This document shows positions 41,744 through 52,314 of a stretch of 64,000 nucleotides of DNA, piece after piece. The stretch spans positions 3,936,001 to 4,000,000 of the forward strand of contig OY762721.1 in assembly GCA_963666345.1 (NCBI GenBank). Reading direction: 5' to 3'. The stretch is from Desulfatiglandales bacterium. GTDB lineage: Bacteria; Desulfobacterota; DSM-4660; Desulfatiglandales; Desulfatiglandaceae. A model generated the notes under the pieces. It did not search any database and had not been told where the DNA came from. It saw nothing but the letters and a program-made list of their open reading frames with translations. Made by a program: the position numbers and the translations under genes. Position 1 is the stretch's first letter; each line of letters begins with the position of its first letter.

Positions 41744-42031
41744 AGGAATGAGTGTCCTGATAAAGTTGAATTTATTTATCCGATTTCCGTAATATACGAT
41801 TATACTATATCAGCGCCATTGTTCAAGCTTAACGGCCTTGTAAAAGGAATTCTTATTTCTTCTTTGTTCCGTTAGCGGTATCATTCGGCCGGTGCGTGCT
41901 TTGCCGGTACTTTGGCCAAAATACTTGAATTTTCAGGAGGTATATGCGACTTACAGTAAGTTGCTTGCCCGGTTTGTAAGGATTTCACCCCTTTTCCCAT
42001 AAAGCATGTCTCTAAACGGAGACCGCAAAAC

Positions 42032-43000
42032 ATGGCCCATCAAAACAAACTGATGTCAATGTCGGAGGCTGTCAAGGAATACGTCAAAGACGGATCAGCC
42101 CTTTATATGGGTGGGTTCACCCAGCTCCAGCCCTATGCCGCGGCCCATGAGATAATCAGGCAAAAAACGGAAGACCTGACTCTTTCGACCTGTGTCGGCC
42201 TTACCCTGGCGGATCAGATGATAGGCGCGGGGGTCGTGAAGAATCTGATAACCGCCTTTGTGTGGAATCCGGTTCCTCTCAAGGCCCATTGCTTTTCCCG
42301 CTCCGTTATACAAGGCATTCCCCGAACCATAGGCCTGGAGGAGTATTCCGTACTGGCCTTGAATCTGGCCTTTTACGCCGGTGCCATGGGTCTTCCCTAT
42401 TTGGCCGCAAAGACGCTCCTTGGAACAGGCTTTGACAGTGAAAAAAATCCGGGCGGGGCGAAAAACAGGCTCAGGTTCGAACATTCCCCTTTCACGGGTG
42501 AGAGGGTCTGCCTCGTGCCTCCCATCAGGCACGATCTGGGAATAGTGCAGGTGCAGCGCTGCGACGCGTTCGGAAACGCGCAGGCATGGGGAATAATGGG
42601 AGAAACGAAATACGGGCTTTTGAGCTGTGATAAGATTATCATATGCGCGGAAGAGATAGTGGAAACAGAGACGATCATGCGGGACCCCAACCGGACCCTT
42701 ATCCCTTCCTTCAGGGTGAATGCGGTGGTAAAGGAGCCCTGGGGGGCGCACCCTTCATCCGTTGCAGGCTTCTATGACATGGACTGGAGATACTACGCCT
42801 ACTACGGAACAAAGACCTCCACTGAAAAGGACTTTGAGCAATATCTCGATAAATGGGTGTTAAATGTCTCAGGAAGGGAGCAGTATCTGAGGCTTCTGGG
42901 GGATAGGCGGGTCAGATCGCTTATCCCGGAGCCCTTTATTTCGGAACCTGTCGATTACGGCAGATTGACGCGCCATTTCCCCGAAGACAATGACCGGTAG
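42032..43000 (+). CDS. Family I CoA-transferase subunit A (GctA-like)
   Basis: SEAVKEYVKDG, AGAMGLPY, DAFGNAQ, PWGAHPS. Confidence 0.88.
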   Translation: MAHQNKLMSMSEAVKEYVKDGSALYMGGFTQLQPYAAAHEIIRQKTEDLTLSTCVGLTLADQMIGAGVVKNLITAFVWNPVPLKAHCFSRSVIQGIPRTIGLEEYSVLALNLAFYAGAMGLPYLAAKTLLGTGFDSEKNPGGAKNRLRFEHSPFTGERVCLVPPIRHDLGIVQVQRCDAFGNAQAWGIMGETKYGLLSCDKIIICAEEIVETETIMRDPNRTLIPSFRVNAVVKEPWGAHPSSVAGFYDMDWRYYAYYGTKTSTEKDFEQYLDKWVLNVSGREQYLRLLGDRRVRSLIPEPFISEPVDYGRLTRHFPEDNDR

Positions 43001-43799
43001 AACTTCAACGGATATTGAGCGGATGGTTATAACCGCCGCACGTCTCATTCAAAACGACGCCGTATTGATGGTGGGAACACAGTGGCCTATAGTGGCCGCC
43101 CTTCTGGCAAAGGCTCTTCATGCCCCCGATTCCGTGATATGCCACGAAGGCGGAGTGGTCATGGGCAAGCTGCCTGAAAGGGTGCCTCTTTTTACGGTGG
43201 ATCCCACCCTTCATTCATGCTCGGTGCTCCTGGGGGGCTCCTTTGACACGCTCGGTGCGGTGCTTCACGCGGGAAGGGCGGATATGGCGCTTCTGGCTGC
43301 CGCATCGATTGACAGGTTCGGAAATATCAATACGACATGCTTCGGGGATTACGGATCTCCCAGGGTGAGACTGGGCGGAAGCGGAGGGGGCTGCGATCTG
43401 GGAAGCCTTGCTGAAAAGACGATAATTATCATGGAGCATGAAAGGCGCAGGTTCCCTGAAAAGGTTGATTTCATAACCACACCCGGTTTTCTTGAGGGGG
43501 GAGGGACTCGTGAGGAGGCGGGTCTAAGACCCGGTACGGGACCTTTTGCCGTTGTGACCACCATGGGTCTTTTCGGATTTGACGAGCAGGGTGAAATGAT
43601 TCTTTTAAGGTTCAATCCCGGTTTTTCCATTGAAGATATAAGAGAAAATGTCCAGTGGGATCTCCGGGTAGCGGATGATGTCAGCGCCCTTGAATCACCC
43701 ACGGAAGAGGAACTGGAAATGCTGCGAAAAAGGATAGACCCTCAGGGCATGTATCTGAGAGGCGGCAGGATGCTTGATGGCCGCGACCTGGAAACTTAG
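42990..43799 (+). CDS. Family I CoA-transferase subunit B (GctB-like)
   Basis: HEGG, IDRFGNINTT, GSGGGCD, VDFITTPG. Confidence 0.88.
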   Translation: MTGRTSTDIERMVITAARLIQNDAVLMVGTQWPIVAALLAKALHAPDSVICHEGGVVMGKLPERVPLFTVDPTLHSCSVLLGGSFDTLGAVLHAGRADMALLAAASIDRFGNINTTCFGDYGSPRVRLGGSGGGCDLGSLAEKTIIIMEHERRRFPEKVDFITTPGFLEGGGTREEAGLRPGTGPFAVVTTMGLFGFDEQGEMILLRFNPGFSIEDIRENVQWDLRVADDVSALESPTEEELEMLRKRIDPQGMYLRGGRMLDGRDLET

Positions 43800-43865
43800 C
43801 CGTGACAATTCATATATCTGTAGATGGGCACTTTAATAAACAACCTTTTGCCTAAACTCAACCGT

Positions 43866-45254
43866 CTACAGGTTGTCATTCGGCCTTCCTCGCCCTCGTT
43901 TTTTATCCTGCATTTCAGCCCTTATATCCTCCATATGTCTTATGATATCCGAGGCCTTTTTATTCGTTTCTATCTCAAGGGCCTGTTCAAGCCGGGAAAG
44001 GGCCTCTTTATATTTCTCCGATTTTTTTAAAAACATGGCGTATCTGACAAGTATTTGAGCCCTTTTTATCTGAAGCCTCTCTTTTTCCATCTTCGGCCAG
44101 GGAAGGGGAGGGGGCGTATCAAGGACCCTCAATGCCTTTTCATATTTGTTGATCTTTGAATATTCCGAGGCCAGTTTGGTCAGATAGATGCTCTTCCAGG
44201 GATTACATCCGGCGGCTTTTTCATACATCCTGATGGAACGGTCCCTTTCTCCCGCCTTTGAAGCAATGTTCCCGAACCTGTTCGCTATTATTGCCAGCCG
44301 GTAGCCTTCGGGCTCGTTTCTGAGCCGGGCTCGTATGCGTCCCAGGCGGTAGCCCTCATCTTCATGGCCTGCCATGACGGCGCACCATATAAGGCCGCTT
44401 AAGGCGCCTGCGCCAGCAGGGTTTATCTTCAGGGATGAGATAAATTGACTTTGCGCCTCTGAGTACCGCCTGTTTTTGTAAAACGCCCACCCCAGCAGGT
44501 CGGCTGCCATGTAGGAACCGGGTGCGAGATTGACGGCCGAATTAAAACTTTCCATTTGAAGCATGTCATCCGGCGGACAATAGGAATGGGCGTAATAATC
44601 CTCAAGGGCCTTGCCGAGAGATGACAACCCGGTAAAAGATATCTCTTCTTTCCATATGGCCTTTTCAGCCTGATCCCGGCTCATGGAAAGTCCGCATGCC
44701 TTGAGCCATCTTATGAAATCGAGCGCAAAAAGGTCCAATCGGCCCGGATCTTTTATCTCAATAGCGGTTTTCATGGTATGAGCACTTCTTTGAATATCCG
44801 TGAGGTCGAAAAAGACCTTAACGGCCTTTCCGGTTTTCATGACTTTTCCCTGAAGCAGGTACCTGATGCCTTGCTTTTCCGCCTGAAGGCCGGGGTTGCT
44901 TAGAGGAGTACTGCCTCTGATATACGCGAAAAGGTCATCTTTATGGGGAAAAAGGCTTTTCATCCTCCAACTGAACCAGAACTCGTCCAGTCCGGTGTGA
45001 AGCGCCAGAATATTGCTCAGATAAAAATGAAGAGCAAGACCCGTTTCATTATGAAAATCGTGATTTTCAGACTGAAGAGGCAGCACGATCATCCTTGGGA
45101 GAGAAACGGGCCGTTTGAGCTCAAGCCCCTTGCAGGTCTCATCGGCGATAGCCGGTTTTTGAAAGGCCGGGGAGGCTTTAGCGGTAAAAGAGATGATGAT
45201 AAACGGAATAACGAGAAATATGACCAGCCTGCTGATCGCCCTTTTCATTACCAC
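43866..45254 (-). CDS. Exported TPR-repeat protein
   Basis: Signal peptide; TPR-like LGWAFYKNRRYSEAQ and YKEALSRLEQALE. Confidence 0.75.
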   Translation of the reverse strand: MVMKRAISRLVIFLVIPFIIISFTAKASPAFQKPAIADETCKGLELKRPVSLPRMIVLPLQSENHDFHNETGLALHFYLSNILALHTGLDEFWFSWRMKSLFPHKDDLFAYIRGSTPLSNPGLQAEKQGIRYLLQGKVMKTGKAVKVFFDLTDIQRSAHTMKTAIEIKDPGRLDLFALDFIRWLKACGLSMSRDQAEKAIWKEEISFTGLSSLGKALEDYYAHSYCPPDDMLQMESFNSAVNLAPGSYMAADLLGWAFYKNRRYSEAQSQFISSLKINPAGAGALSGLIWCAVMAGHEDEGYRLGRIRARLRNEPEGYRLAIIANRFGNIASKAGERDRSIRMYEKAAGCNPWKSIYLTKLASEYSKINKYEKALRVLDTPPPLPWPKMEKERLQIKRAQILVRYAMFLKKSEKYKEALSRLEQALEIETNKKASDIIRHMEDIRAEMQDKKRGRGRPNDNL

Positions 45255-45302
45255 TGTCCGGCTCCTGTTTTATGTGAGGTATTGCTCAGGTATTTATTCG
45301 TC

Positions 45303-45414
45303 CTTTACTCGAATCCCCTTCGAAACTGGGGGCCAACTGCGAAGCAGCGGGACTGAGCGAAGCGTAAGCGGAGCAAAGAATGCTTCATCTGGATCACCTC
45401 TTTTGGAGATGATC
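45303..45414. repeat. Orphan end of the four-helix-bundle cassette, carrying a nested ~60-nt insert
   Basis: 45379-45414 matches the reverse complement of 59345-59380 at 30/36; 45349-45381 matches 59809-59841 at 31/33. Confidence 0.7.
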
Positions 45415-45431
45415 AATCCATTCTTATATGC

Positions 45432-46991
45432 TCAAGAAACGGCGAAGATATCTATCGGGGTCTTTTTCCCCCTGATAACGGTAGCCGGCAGGGACCTGAG
45501 ATATATTTCCCTGAGATCTTCATCGGCAAGATTTTTTCTGGTTTCACCTGATATTATCATCTCCGTTCCCAGCTCCTTGGTAAGCGACTGAAGCCGTGAC
45601 GCGACATTGACCGTGTCCCCCACAAGAAGGTAGGAAAGCCTGTCAGGGCTTCCCAGGGTTGCCGCAACCGCCTGCCCCGTATGGATGCCTATGCCGTGTT
45701 TAAGGATCGGCAGCCCTTTTTTCTCAAAGGAGCGGTTGAGATCTACCAGACGCTTATTCATGTCGACTCCTGCCTGAAACGCCTTTACCGCGTGATCCGG
45801 ACTTGAAACCGGGGCCCCGAAAACCGCGTAGACTTCATCACCCAGAAACTGGAGGACCAGCCCCCCATTATCCTGTATGGCCTCGCTCATCTCCCTGAAA
45901 TAGCTGTTGACGATCCTGACCACCACCTTCGGGTCATTTTTCTCAGTCATGGGCGTGAAGTCTCTCAGATCCGCGAAAAGTATGCTTACCTCCTTTATCT
46001 CGCCGTCAAGGGGGATGCGGCCCGACAGCACCTCATCTCGAACCTCCTTTGAGACATATTTTCCGAATGCCTCCTTGATCATCTCCTTTTCCCTGAGACC
46101 TGTCGTCATCTCATTTATGATATCGCCCGTGTATCCTATCTCGTCATTTGAGCTGACCCTTACCTTCCTGTTAAGGATGCCTTTGCTCACATCTCTCAGC
46201 ACGCTGATGATCTCCTTTAAGGGCCGCGTGATGTTGATCGATACAAGAAATGCCAACCCTGCCGCGGCAATCAAAAAGATTATGGTTTCAACGAGGATGA
46301 CCGATTGAAGCCTCTCCAGTATCTGAAGGGGCTCAATTCCTCTTTGAAGGCCTTTTTGAGAGCCATGTATGGTCATGTGGATGGCTGAAAGGGGGACTAT
46401 GCTCGCCGCGAGGATGAGGGCTGCTATCCTGGTCCCGACCTTTATCCTGAGGGTTCCGGGGGTGTCGTACAGCCTGCCTTCCGGGAAAAGCAGAGGTGCG
46501 AGCTGGTGCTGAAGCACATGCTCCAGGTAGAAGAAGGCAAGTGATACGGTTATAAGACCGGTAACCAGGCCCCGTAACATTGCTCCCGGTGCCAGATGCC
46601 TCAGCTCCTGGTTCAAATAGATCACGGCAGAAAAAATCAGTGCCGTAGAGCACCATACAAAAAGGTCTATGGCTACTACCAGATATGGTTCATTAAGGAG
46701 CCTTTTCCCGGCCTTCATAAGTGCCCCTGGTTCAACCTGTTTATTGGTGAGGATCTTTTTCAGACTCCTTCGGAAGGGAAGTTCATACCAGAACATGATC
46801 GCAGGGATGAGAGTGAATGCTGTAATGGTAATCAGGCGGCCTGTTATTTCAAGAGAGGGCGCCAGGGCGTTCGCGTAATCGGGGAGCATGACCTCGGATA
46901 AGGTCGCGGCCATTTTCCAGCCAAGCAGATTGGCAAATATGTTGCCGACAATCAGTGCGTTTGAAAGAAGCAGGTACTTGCAACTTTTCAT
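45432..46991 (-). CDS. Membrane class III adenylate/guanylate cyclase with HAMP
   Basis: About 6 TMs, SSNDEIG, LFADLRDFT, FLGDEV, GDTVNVASR. Confidence 0.92.
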   Translation of the reverse strand: MKSCKYLLLSNALIVGNIFANLLGWKMAATLSEVMLPDYANALAPSLEITGRLITITAFTLIPAIMFWYELPFRRSLKKILTNKQVEPGALMKAGKRLLNEPYLVVAIDLFVWCSTALIFSAVIYLNQELRHLAPGAMLRGLVTGLITVSLAFFYLEHVLQHQLAPLLFPEGRLYDTPGTLRIKVGTRIAALILAASIVPLSAIHMTIHGSQKGLQRGIEPLQILERLQSVILVETIIFLIAAAGLAFLVSINITRPLKEIISVLRDVSKGILNRKVRVSSNDEIGYTGDIINEMTTGLREKEMIKEAFGKYVSKEVRDEVLSGRIPLDGEIKEVSILFADLRDFTPMTEKNDPKVVVRIVNSYFREMSEAIQDNGGLVLQFLGDEVYAVFGAPVSSPDHAVKAFQAGVDMNKRLVDLNRSFEKKGLPILKHGIGIHTGQAVAATLGSPDRLSYLLVGDTVNVASRLQSLTKELGTEMIISGETRKNLADEDLREIYLRSLPATVIRGKKTPIDIFAVS

Positions 46992-47190
46992 TCTTGTCCT
47001 TTCTCTTTGTAAATCCGGGTTGATCCGGTAATTTCAGGCAGCTTGCCGAAGTACTTCCGAATCCGGTCTCTGTTGAGCTTCAGGGCAGGCAGGAAAGTCA
47101 TTTAAATCCCGAGTCACTGCAAACTACGTGCCTGTTTGGCAAAACCGTGCCCTTCACTTTCTCTCCTTATTGTGGGAAAGCCTCGTTGTC

Positions 47191-47673
47191 TTATGGATTG
47201 AGACGCAGGAGCTGGAGGTTAAGGAGGGCCGCAAAGCTGACCCACGCCATATAGGGGAGAAAAAGCATGCCCGCTGCTTTGCTGATTTTCCGGAACATAA
47301 GCATCGTAACAAGCACGGCCGCCCAGAGCGCGGTAATATCGAAGAGGGCAAGGTCAATCCTGTGGAGCCCGAAAAATATACAGGACCAGATGGTGTTCAG
47401 GATGAGCTGTATGACGAAAAAGAGGAGCGCCGGAAAGACGGCCTTTATCCTTTTTTCTTTCCACACAAGCCAGGCCGCAATACCCATCATGACATAGAGC
47501 AGCGTCCAGACAGGCGCAAAGATATAGGAAGGCGGGTTCCAGGATGGCTTTACAAGAGTCTGATACCACTGTCCCGGCCTGAACTGTGAGCCGATAAAGC
47601 CCGCTGAAAGAGACATGAGCAGGAATATCGTCAGGGGTATGATTTTTTTAAGGGTCCGGTAAAAAGACTTCAA
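47191..47673 (-). CDS. tspO: TspO/MBR tryptophan-rich sensory protein
   Basis: WYQTLVKPSWNPPSYIFAPVWT, LNTIWS, PYMAWVSFA; probable TTG start overlapping the upstream stop. Confidence 0.9.
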   Translation of the reverse strand: MKSFYRTLKKIIPLTIFLLMSLSAGFIGSQFRPGQWYQTLVKPSWNPPSYIFAPVWTLLYVMMGIAAWLVWKEKRIKAVFPALLFFVIQLILNTIWSCIFFGLHRIDLALFDITALWAAVLVTMLMFRKISKAAGMLFLPYMAWVSFAALLNLQLLRLNP

Positions 47674-47831
47674 ACTTTTTTTACCATCTCCTGCCCGCAG
47701 CACTGAAGCGGGACATTGCATGAGCCGGCCTCGCCAGTCTCGCATTTGCAGGGGTTTGCAACCTTTAACTCCAGACCGCAAAGATTACAGACAAAGACAT
47801 CTCCCTCTTTCATGTCGCAGCAGTTTGCCAT
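47670..47831 (-). CDS. 53-aa desulforedoxin-like Cys-rich protein (not in ORF track)
   Basis: MANCCDMKEGDVFVCNLCGLELKVANPCKCETGEAGSCNVPLQCCGQEMVKKV; RBS GGAGGAGG. Confidence 0.85.
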   Translation of the reverse strand: MANCCDMKEGDVFVCNLCGLELKVANPCKCETGEAGSCNVPLQCCGQEMVKKV

Positions 47832-48183
47832 ATCCCTCCTCCATGAAAAAGATTTGAATCACTGCTCATCCGCGGATTCCTGCATGCGGGTGAACGTTTT
47901 CCTTAGCCTCATATGAAAATAAATGAAAAACCGGAAAAAATCAACCGGCACCAGACAGATGGGCCGTGGATGTTGTTTGGCTTATTCCCGATATTCTCAG
48001 ACGATATTGCTGGAATAGGGGATCCTATGCATGGACCCAATTATGGCGGGTTCTGTATTTATCATCCCTGATACATCAGCAAGCTTTCAATAAAATGTTA
48101 AAATTTGATTGCATTTATTTTATGCAGCTCTATAATAGGCTAAAATATTTATTAAAAACAAAAAAGCCTGTATATTATCTTAA

Positions 48184-48370
48184 TGCACATTTTTATGTGC
48201 ATTAATTTGCCATACTTTAATAAAAAAGGACACCATTCAGATCAGGTTGCACATATTTATGTGCATTGATTGGCACGTCAAATATCGGAAATAATTTAAT
48301 TTTCTTCTGGTTTGCACTATTCCATATGCATGTTTTCAATATTATGCCGCTGCGCACATAAAAATGTGCA
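48184..48370. promoter_or_regulatory. Cluster of 18-bp palindromic TGCACA-N6-TGTGCA sites
   Basis: 48184-48201, 48248-48265, 48313-48330 (degenerate), 48353-48370. Confidence 0.7.
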
Positions 48371-48594
48371 AAAAAGACCTCTTTTGATTTTTCCAGCCAG
48401 ACACTTAACCGTGGAACAAACTCTTTATCCGGTTGCAAATTGAGGGCTGTTGCAGGCTCGATTAGCAGGTTTTACCGATAAGAATCGCGAAACTGGAAAT
48501 GTTAATTACTGATTGATGCCGCATTCACCTTTTGCAGCCCTGGCAAAAAAAATAATGTATGGGTTCTCAAAATATCTAAAGAAAGGAGGCCGGG

Positions 48595-49713
48595 ATGAAG
48601 ATTGATGCGCATTACTATGCGGTCCTTTCATTTGCAAGGGCGTGCGGCTTCACAAAGAAGAGTGCGGGCCGGATCGCATTCGCCTCTCAGTTCGTGGACG
48701 ATGCAAAGATAAACCAAATAGGGCTTAAGGAAAAGCCGACCGGAGATATCTCCCTTCCACTGGTGGATGGAAAGCCGTCTTTTTTCAATATGGCGACCTG
48801 TCATTCCTACACCAGGATAAAGACATTCAATTATTCGGCAATGATCGGAAATACAGCTGCATTTCATTTTGTCCCCGGCTGCCGGGGTATCAGTTTTCCC
48901 AAGAAAATGAGGTGCAGGGAAAACTCCCGGGTGATCAGGCGGATACTTGATAATGCGGTTGAAAGCGGGGACCTTGTCAAGCTGGGCATTTCACTTCACG
49001 CCTATGCGGACACCTTTTCTCATCAAGGATTTTCAGGACTGCTGAGCAAGGTTAATGACATTCAGGGATGCACATCCTTGAGAAAGATTCCATTTTGCCT
49101 TTCTGATTTTGCTTCAAAGACTTTCCGGTGGTTTACCAAAGACCGTTTTGACCGCCTTTTTGATTCGGCTTGCCCGGCCTATGGTCACGGACAGGCAATG
49201 GAGTACCCGGACCTGCCCTTTGTGGATTGGTCATACTATTACGATTACAGTGAAGAATTTTCCGAGGCTTCAAAGTCGTCAGGAATAAAGTGCAACAGGG
49301 AGCGTTACACCCGCGCTTTCAAGGGAATCGCGGTCTGGCTTACCAGGTTTTTGACGGAACACGAAAAGTATCTTGACCCTGCCGTGAGTAACCCCGGCTT
49401 CTATGACCTTTTTGAGACTCTTTTGAGGCCGGGCACGGATAAACAGAGAATCAAGGCGTGGAAGGAGCATCTTGTAACGGCCGGGTATTACGGTGAAGGA
49501 GAAGAGGAGCTGGAATATTCGGAAGATCGCTGGTTGAAAAAGGCCTTTTCCAATTATGATAAAGAGCGCTTCAACAGAAGGAAAGTGGAAGATGCGGAAC
49601 CGGCCCATGACTTCATCGAATCGGAATGGTTCGGCTTCTACAAAGGCGTCCACTGGTACAAGGAGAGATTTTTTGAATATTGCAGAGAAGAGGGCCTTGA
49701 TATCCCGAAGTAA
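48595..49713 (+). CDS. DUF6765-like conserved protein (possible metal-dependent hydrolase)
   Basis: MKIDAHYYAV, SQFVDDA, FHFVPG, LGISLHAYADTFSHQGF, YGHGQA; RBS AAGGAGG. Confidence 0.75.
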   Translation: MKIDAHYYAVLSFARACGFTKKSAGRIAFASQFVDDAKINQIGLKEKPTGDISLPLVDGKPSFFNMATCHSYTRIKTFNYSAMIGNTAAFHFVPGCRGISFPKKMRCRENSRVIRRILDNAVESGDLVKLGISLHAYADTFSHQGFSGLLSKVNDIQGCTSLRKIPFCLSDFASKTFRWFTKDRFDRLFDSACPAYGHGQAMEYPDLPFVDWSYYYDYSEEFSEASKSSGIKCNRERYTRAFKGIAVWLTRFLTEHEKYLDPAVSNPGFYDLFETLLRPGTDKQRIKAWKEHLVTAGYYGEGEEELEYSEDRWLKKAFSNYDKERFNRRKVEDAEPAHDFIESEWFGFYKGVHWYKERFFEYCREEGLDIPK

Positions 49714-49820
49714 GGTAAATCAGTCAAACTGATTTGGGTTTGGATCTGACCACGCGTCAGGCCTTGTACCTGGAGAGGGTATTACCCTAAACCGCATGGT
49801 TCTATTGTGGAAAGGAGGTT

Positions 49821-50210
49821 GTGAAGAAAATGATCAAGATTTCCACTCAAGATGCCCCAAGACCCGCAGGGCATTACTCTCAGGCGATAGTAAACGGCGG
49901 CATGGTCTATGTGTCGGGGCAGCTGCCGATAGACCCTCAGACAGGGGGAAAAGTGACAGGTTCTATTGAAGAGCAGACCGGACAGGCATTGAAGAACATG
50001 GCCGGGATACTTGAGGCTGCGGGAAGCGATACGGATCAGGTCGTTAAAACCACGGTCTATATTTCGGATATAGAGCTGTGGGCTCGGGTGAACGAGGTGT
50101 ATTCGAGATTTTTCGGCGCGCACCGTCCTGCGCGGGCAATGGTACCGACCAGGGACCTTCATTTCGGGTTTCAGATAGAGATCGAGGCGATAGCCGCTGT
50201 CAAGGGGTAG
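49821..50210 (+). CDS. ridA: RidA/YjgF enamine-imine deaminase
   Basis: GHYSQAI, VSGQLPIDP, RPARA, IEIEAIA. Confidence 0.92.
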   Translation: MKKMIKISTQDAPRPAGHYSQAIVNGGMVYVSGQLPIDPQTGGKVTGSIEEQTGQALKNMAGILEAAGSDTDQVVKTTVYISDIELWARVNEVYSRFFGAHRPARAMVPTRDLHFGFQIEIEAIAAVKG

Positions 50211-50241
50211 CCGGTATTAATCATAACAGGAGATAATCCAG

Positions 50242-50757
50242 GTGAAATTGGGGCCGGAACATAGAATCGTATTCATATATCTCGTGGTCGGTGTCCTCTG
50301 GATATATATCCGATCTGATTGTGTGCCTTATGCTCAAAACACCTGAAAAAATCGAATTTGCCCAGAATGTCAAGGGATGGGTGTTCGTTTTTGTCACCGG
50401 GCTGCTTTTGTACTTCCTCATTAACAGGGCCATGAACATTATAACCAAGGCCAATTCAGAATTGCTCGACAGTTATGAACAGACAATGTGCGGGTGGATT
50501 CACGTAATGGATCTGCGGCACAAGGAGACAAAAGACCATACCGGGCGGGTAACGGTGATGACGATGGAACTTGCGAGGCTTGCCCGCATTTTGGAAAAGA
50601 AACTCAAGATTATCGAACGCGTCTATAAGGCTGCATGGCCTGAGGAAAAGGTGCTGAAACATATGCGGGGGATCAGGCCGGCGCGCATTTTGATCCTGAC
50701 GTGGTGAGCCTTTTTATGGAAAACTATCATCTGTTAAAGGATGTCAAAACCGGGTAG
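50242..50757 (+). pseudogene. Frameshifted, internally deleted membrane HD-GYP gene
   Basis: KGWVFV TM, DLRHKETKDHTGRV, then a jump to RVYKAAWPEE and, in another frame, GAHFDPDVV; HD and GYP core missing; two frameshifts. Confidence 0.75.
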
Positions 50758-50795
50758 TGTCACTGTGACAATAGGTTATGCCTGGATGAAGTCTT

Positions 50796-50836
50796 AAGGC
50801 CGGGGCTGTGAAATAACCCCGGCTTTATCTTTTTTT
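50796..50836 (+). terminator. Rho-independent terminator
   Basis: GCCGGGG-loop-CCCCGGC followed by TTTATCTTTTTTT. Confidence 0.65.
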
Positions 50837-50994
50837 GATGCCAAAATGGATGACATTAGCATTTGAACAATGTATTTTTCGAATCCAGGTGAATCCTTTT
50901 CAGATAAATCAGGCCCTCTGATACACTCATAACGTGGGTGTTCTTTTTGAGGGGCGGCCTTACACAGCGCGAGCATAACGGGAGTTTCTGAAAT

Positions 50995-52188
50995 ATGAGT
51001 GAGATCCATTGTAAATTTAACAGCAGGCGTGTTAGCGGCCCGGATGGCAAGGTCGATGAAGTCCTGCCCGGGGGCACGCTTAAGTCCGTGATCCGTTTTC
51101 ACAGGAGCCTGCCCGGGTATCGTCCCACTCCTCTTGCATGCCTGGAGGGGCTTGCGAGCCGTCTGGGAATAGGGGGGCTGTGGGTAAAAAGCGAGAATGA
51201 GCGTTTCGATCTCAAGGCGTTCAAGGTGCTGGGGGCAAGTTACGCGATAGGCAAGGTGACGGCTGAAAGATTAGGCCTAGAAAGTAAGGATCTGACCTTC
51301 GATCGGATCGTAAGCCATTCGGGAGAAGGTGAGGGGATTACCTTTGTTACAGCGACAGACGGCAATCATGGAAGGGCGGTTGCCTGGACGGCTGAAAAGC
51401 TTGGCTGCAGGGCGGTGGTTTATATGCCGAAAGGCTCTTCTTCCGCTAGGCTTAATGCGATCAGGGGCCACGGGGCTGAGGCATCCGTTATAGATGGAAA
51501 TTACGACGACGCGGTAAGGCTGGCTGCAAGACACGCAGATGATAGGGGGTGGGTGCTCCTGCAGGATACGTCGTGGCCAGGCTACGAGGAGATTCCGACC
51601 TATATAATGCAGGGTTACACTACCTTGATCACGGAATCCTTTGATCAGCTTGGAGGAGAAAGGCCCACGCATATATTCGTGCAGGCGGGGGTCGGTTCTC
51701 TGGCCGCGGCCGTTCTCTGCGCCGTCTTAAAAAAAGGTGAAAGGCCGTGGTACGGCGTAGTGGAGCCGATCGAGGCCGCATGTTTTCATAAGTCCTCGGT
51801 CGCGGATGACGGGGCGGCTCATGCCGTTACAGGGGATATGCCGACCATCATGGCGGGACTTGCATGCGGGGAGCCGAGCAATATAGCCTGGGAGATCCTG
51901 CGCGACAATGCCGATGCGTTTATCGCCTGTTCGGACAGGGTGGCCCTAAAGGGTATGCGCCTGCTCGGAAGACCTCCTGAAGGCGATCTTCCCGTGATAT
52001 CAGGTGAGTCAGGGGCTGTTACCTCTGGACTGGTCTATGAACTTCTGAGCAATGCGAATTATGCCGGACCGGCCCAAGAGATCGGCTTGAACGAATCTTC
52101 CCGAGTGCTTGTAATTTCAACGGAAGGGGACACCGACCCTCAGTTCTATCGTGAGACACTCAAACGGAAAAGTGTGGGTACAATCTGA
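50995..52188 (+). CDS. dpaL: Diaminopropionate ammonia-lyase (PLP)
   Basis: RFDLKAFKVLGASYA, ATDGNHGRAVAW, QAGVGS, MAGLACGEP, STEGDTDP. Confidence 0.92.
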   Translation: MSEIHCKFNSRRVSGPDGKVDEVLPGGTLKSVIRFHRSLPGYRPTPLACLEGLASRLGIGGLWVKSENERFDLKAFKVLGASYAIGKVTAERLGLESKDLTFDRIVSHSGEGEGITFVTATDGNHGRAVAWTAEKLGCRAVVYMPKGSSSARLNAIRGHGAEASVIDGNYDDAVRLAARHADDRGWVLLQDTSWPGYEEIPTYIMQGYTTLITESFDQLGGERPTHIFVQAGVGSLAAAVLCAVLKKGERPWYGVVEPIEAACFHKSSVADDGAAHAVTGDMPTIMAGLACGEPSNIAWEILRDNADAFIACSDRVALKGMRLLGRPPEGDLPVISGESGAVTSGLVYELLSNANYAGPAQEIGLNESSRVLVISTEGDTDPQFYRETLKRKSVGTI

Positions 52189-52314
52189 TTCGCAGAATAA
52201 GAAGCGGAACCGGAATTTGATGATCCGCGGATTTCACCCGGCAATCAACCGGGTGTCTAAACTTGAGAAGAATTTCTTGTATGAATAAATCACCTATTAG
52301 GAGGTTTTTTGACA

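Noticed and set aside
48182..48335. Degenerate CRISPR array: ~64-bp periodicity, and GTTGCAC-N8-GTGCATTGATTGGCAC resembles type I-C repeats
   Set aside because: Only the 18-bp palindrome is conserved, the fourth copy breaks the period (40 bp), the same motif occurs 22 bp apart at 58769-58808, and there are no cas genes. Transcription-factor sites fit better.
48443..48541. IS-like terminal inverted repeats AGGGCTG...CAGCCCT
   Set aside because: Only 7 bp match, with no transposase and no target duplication.
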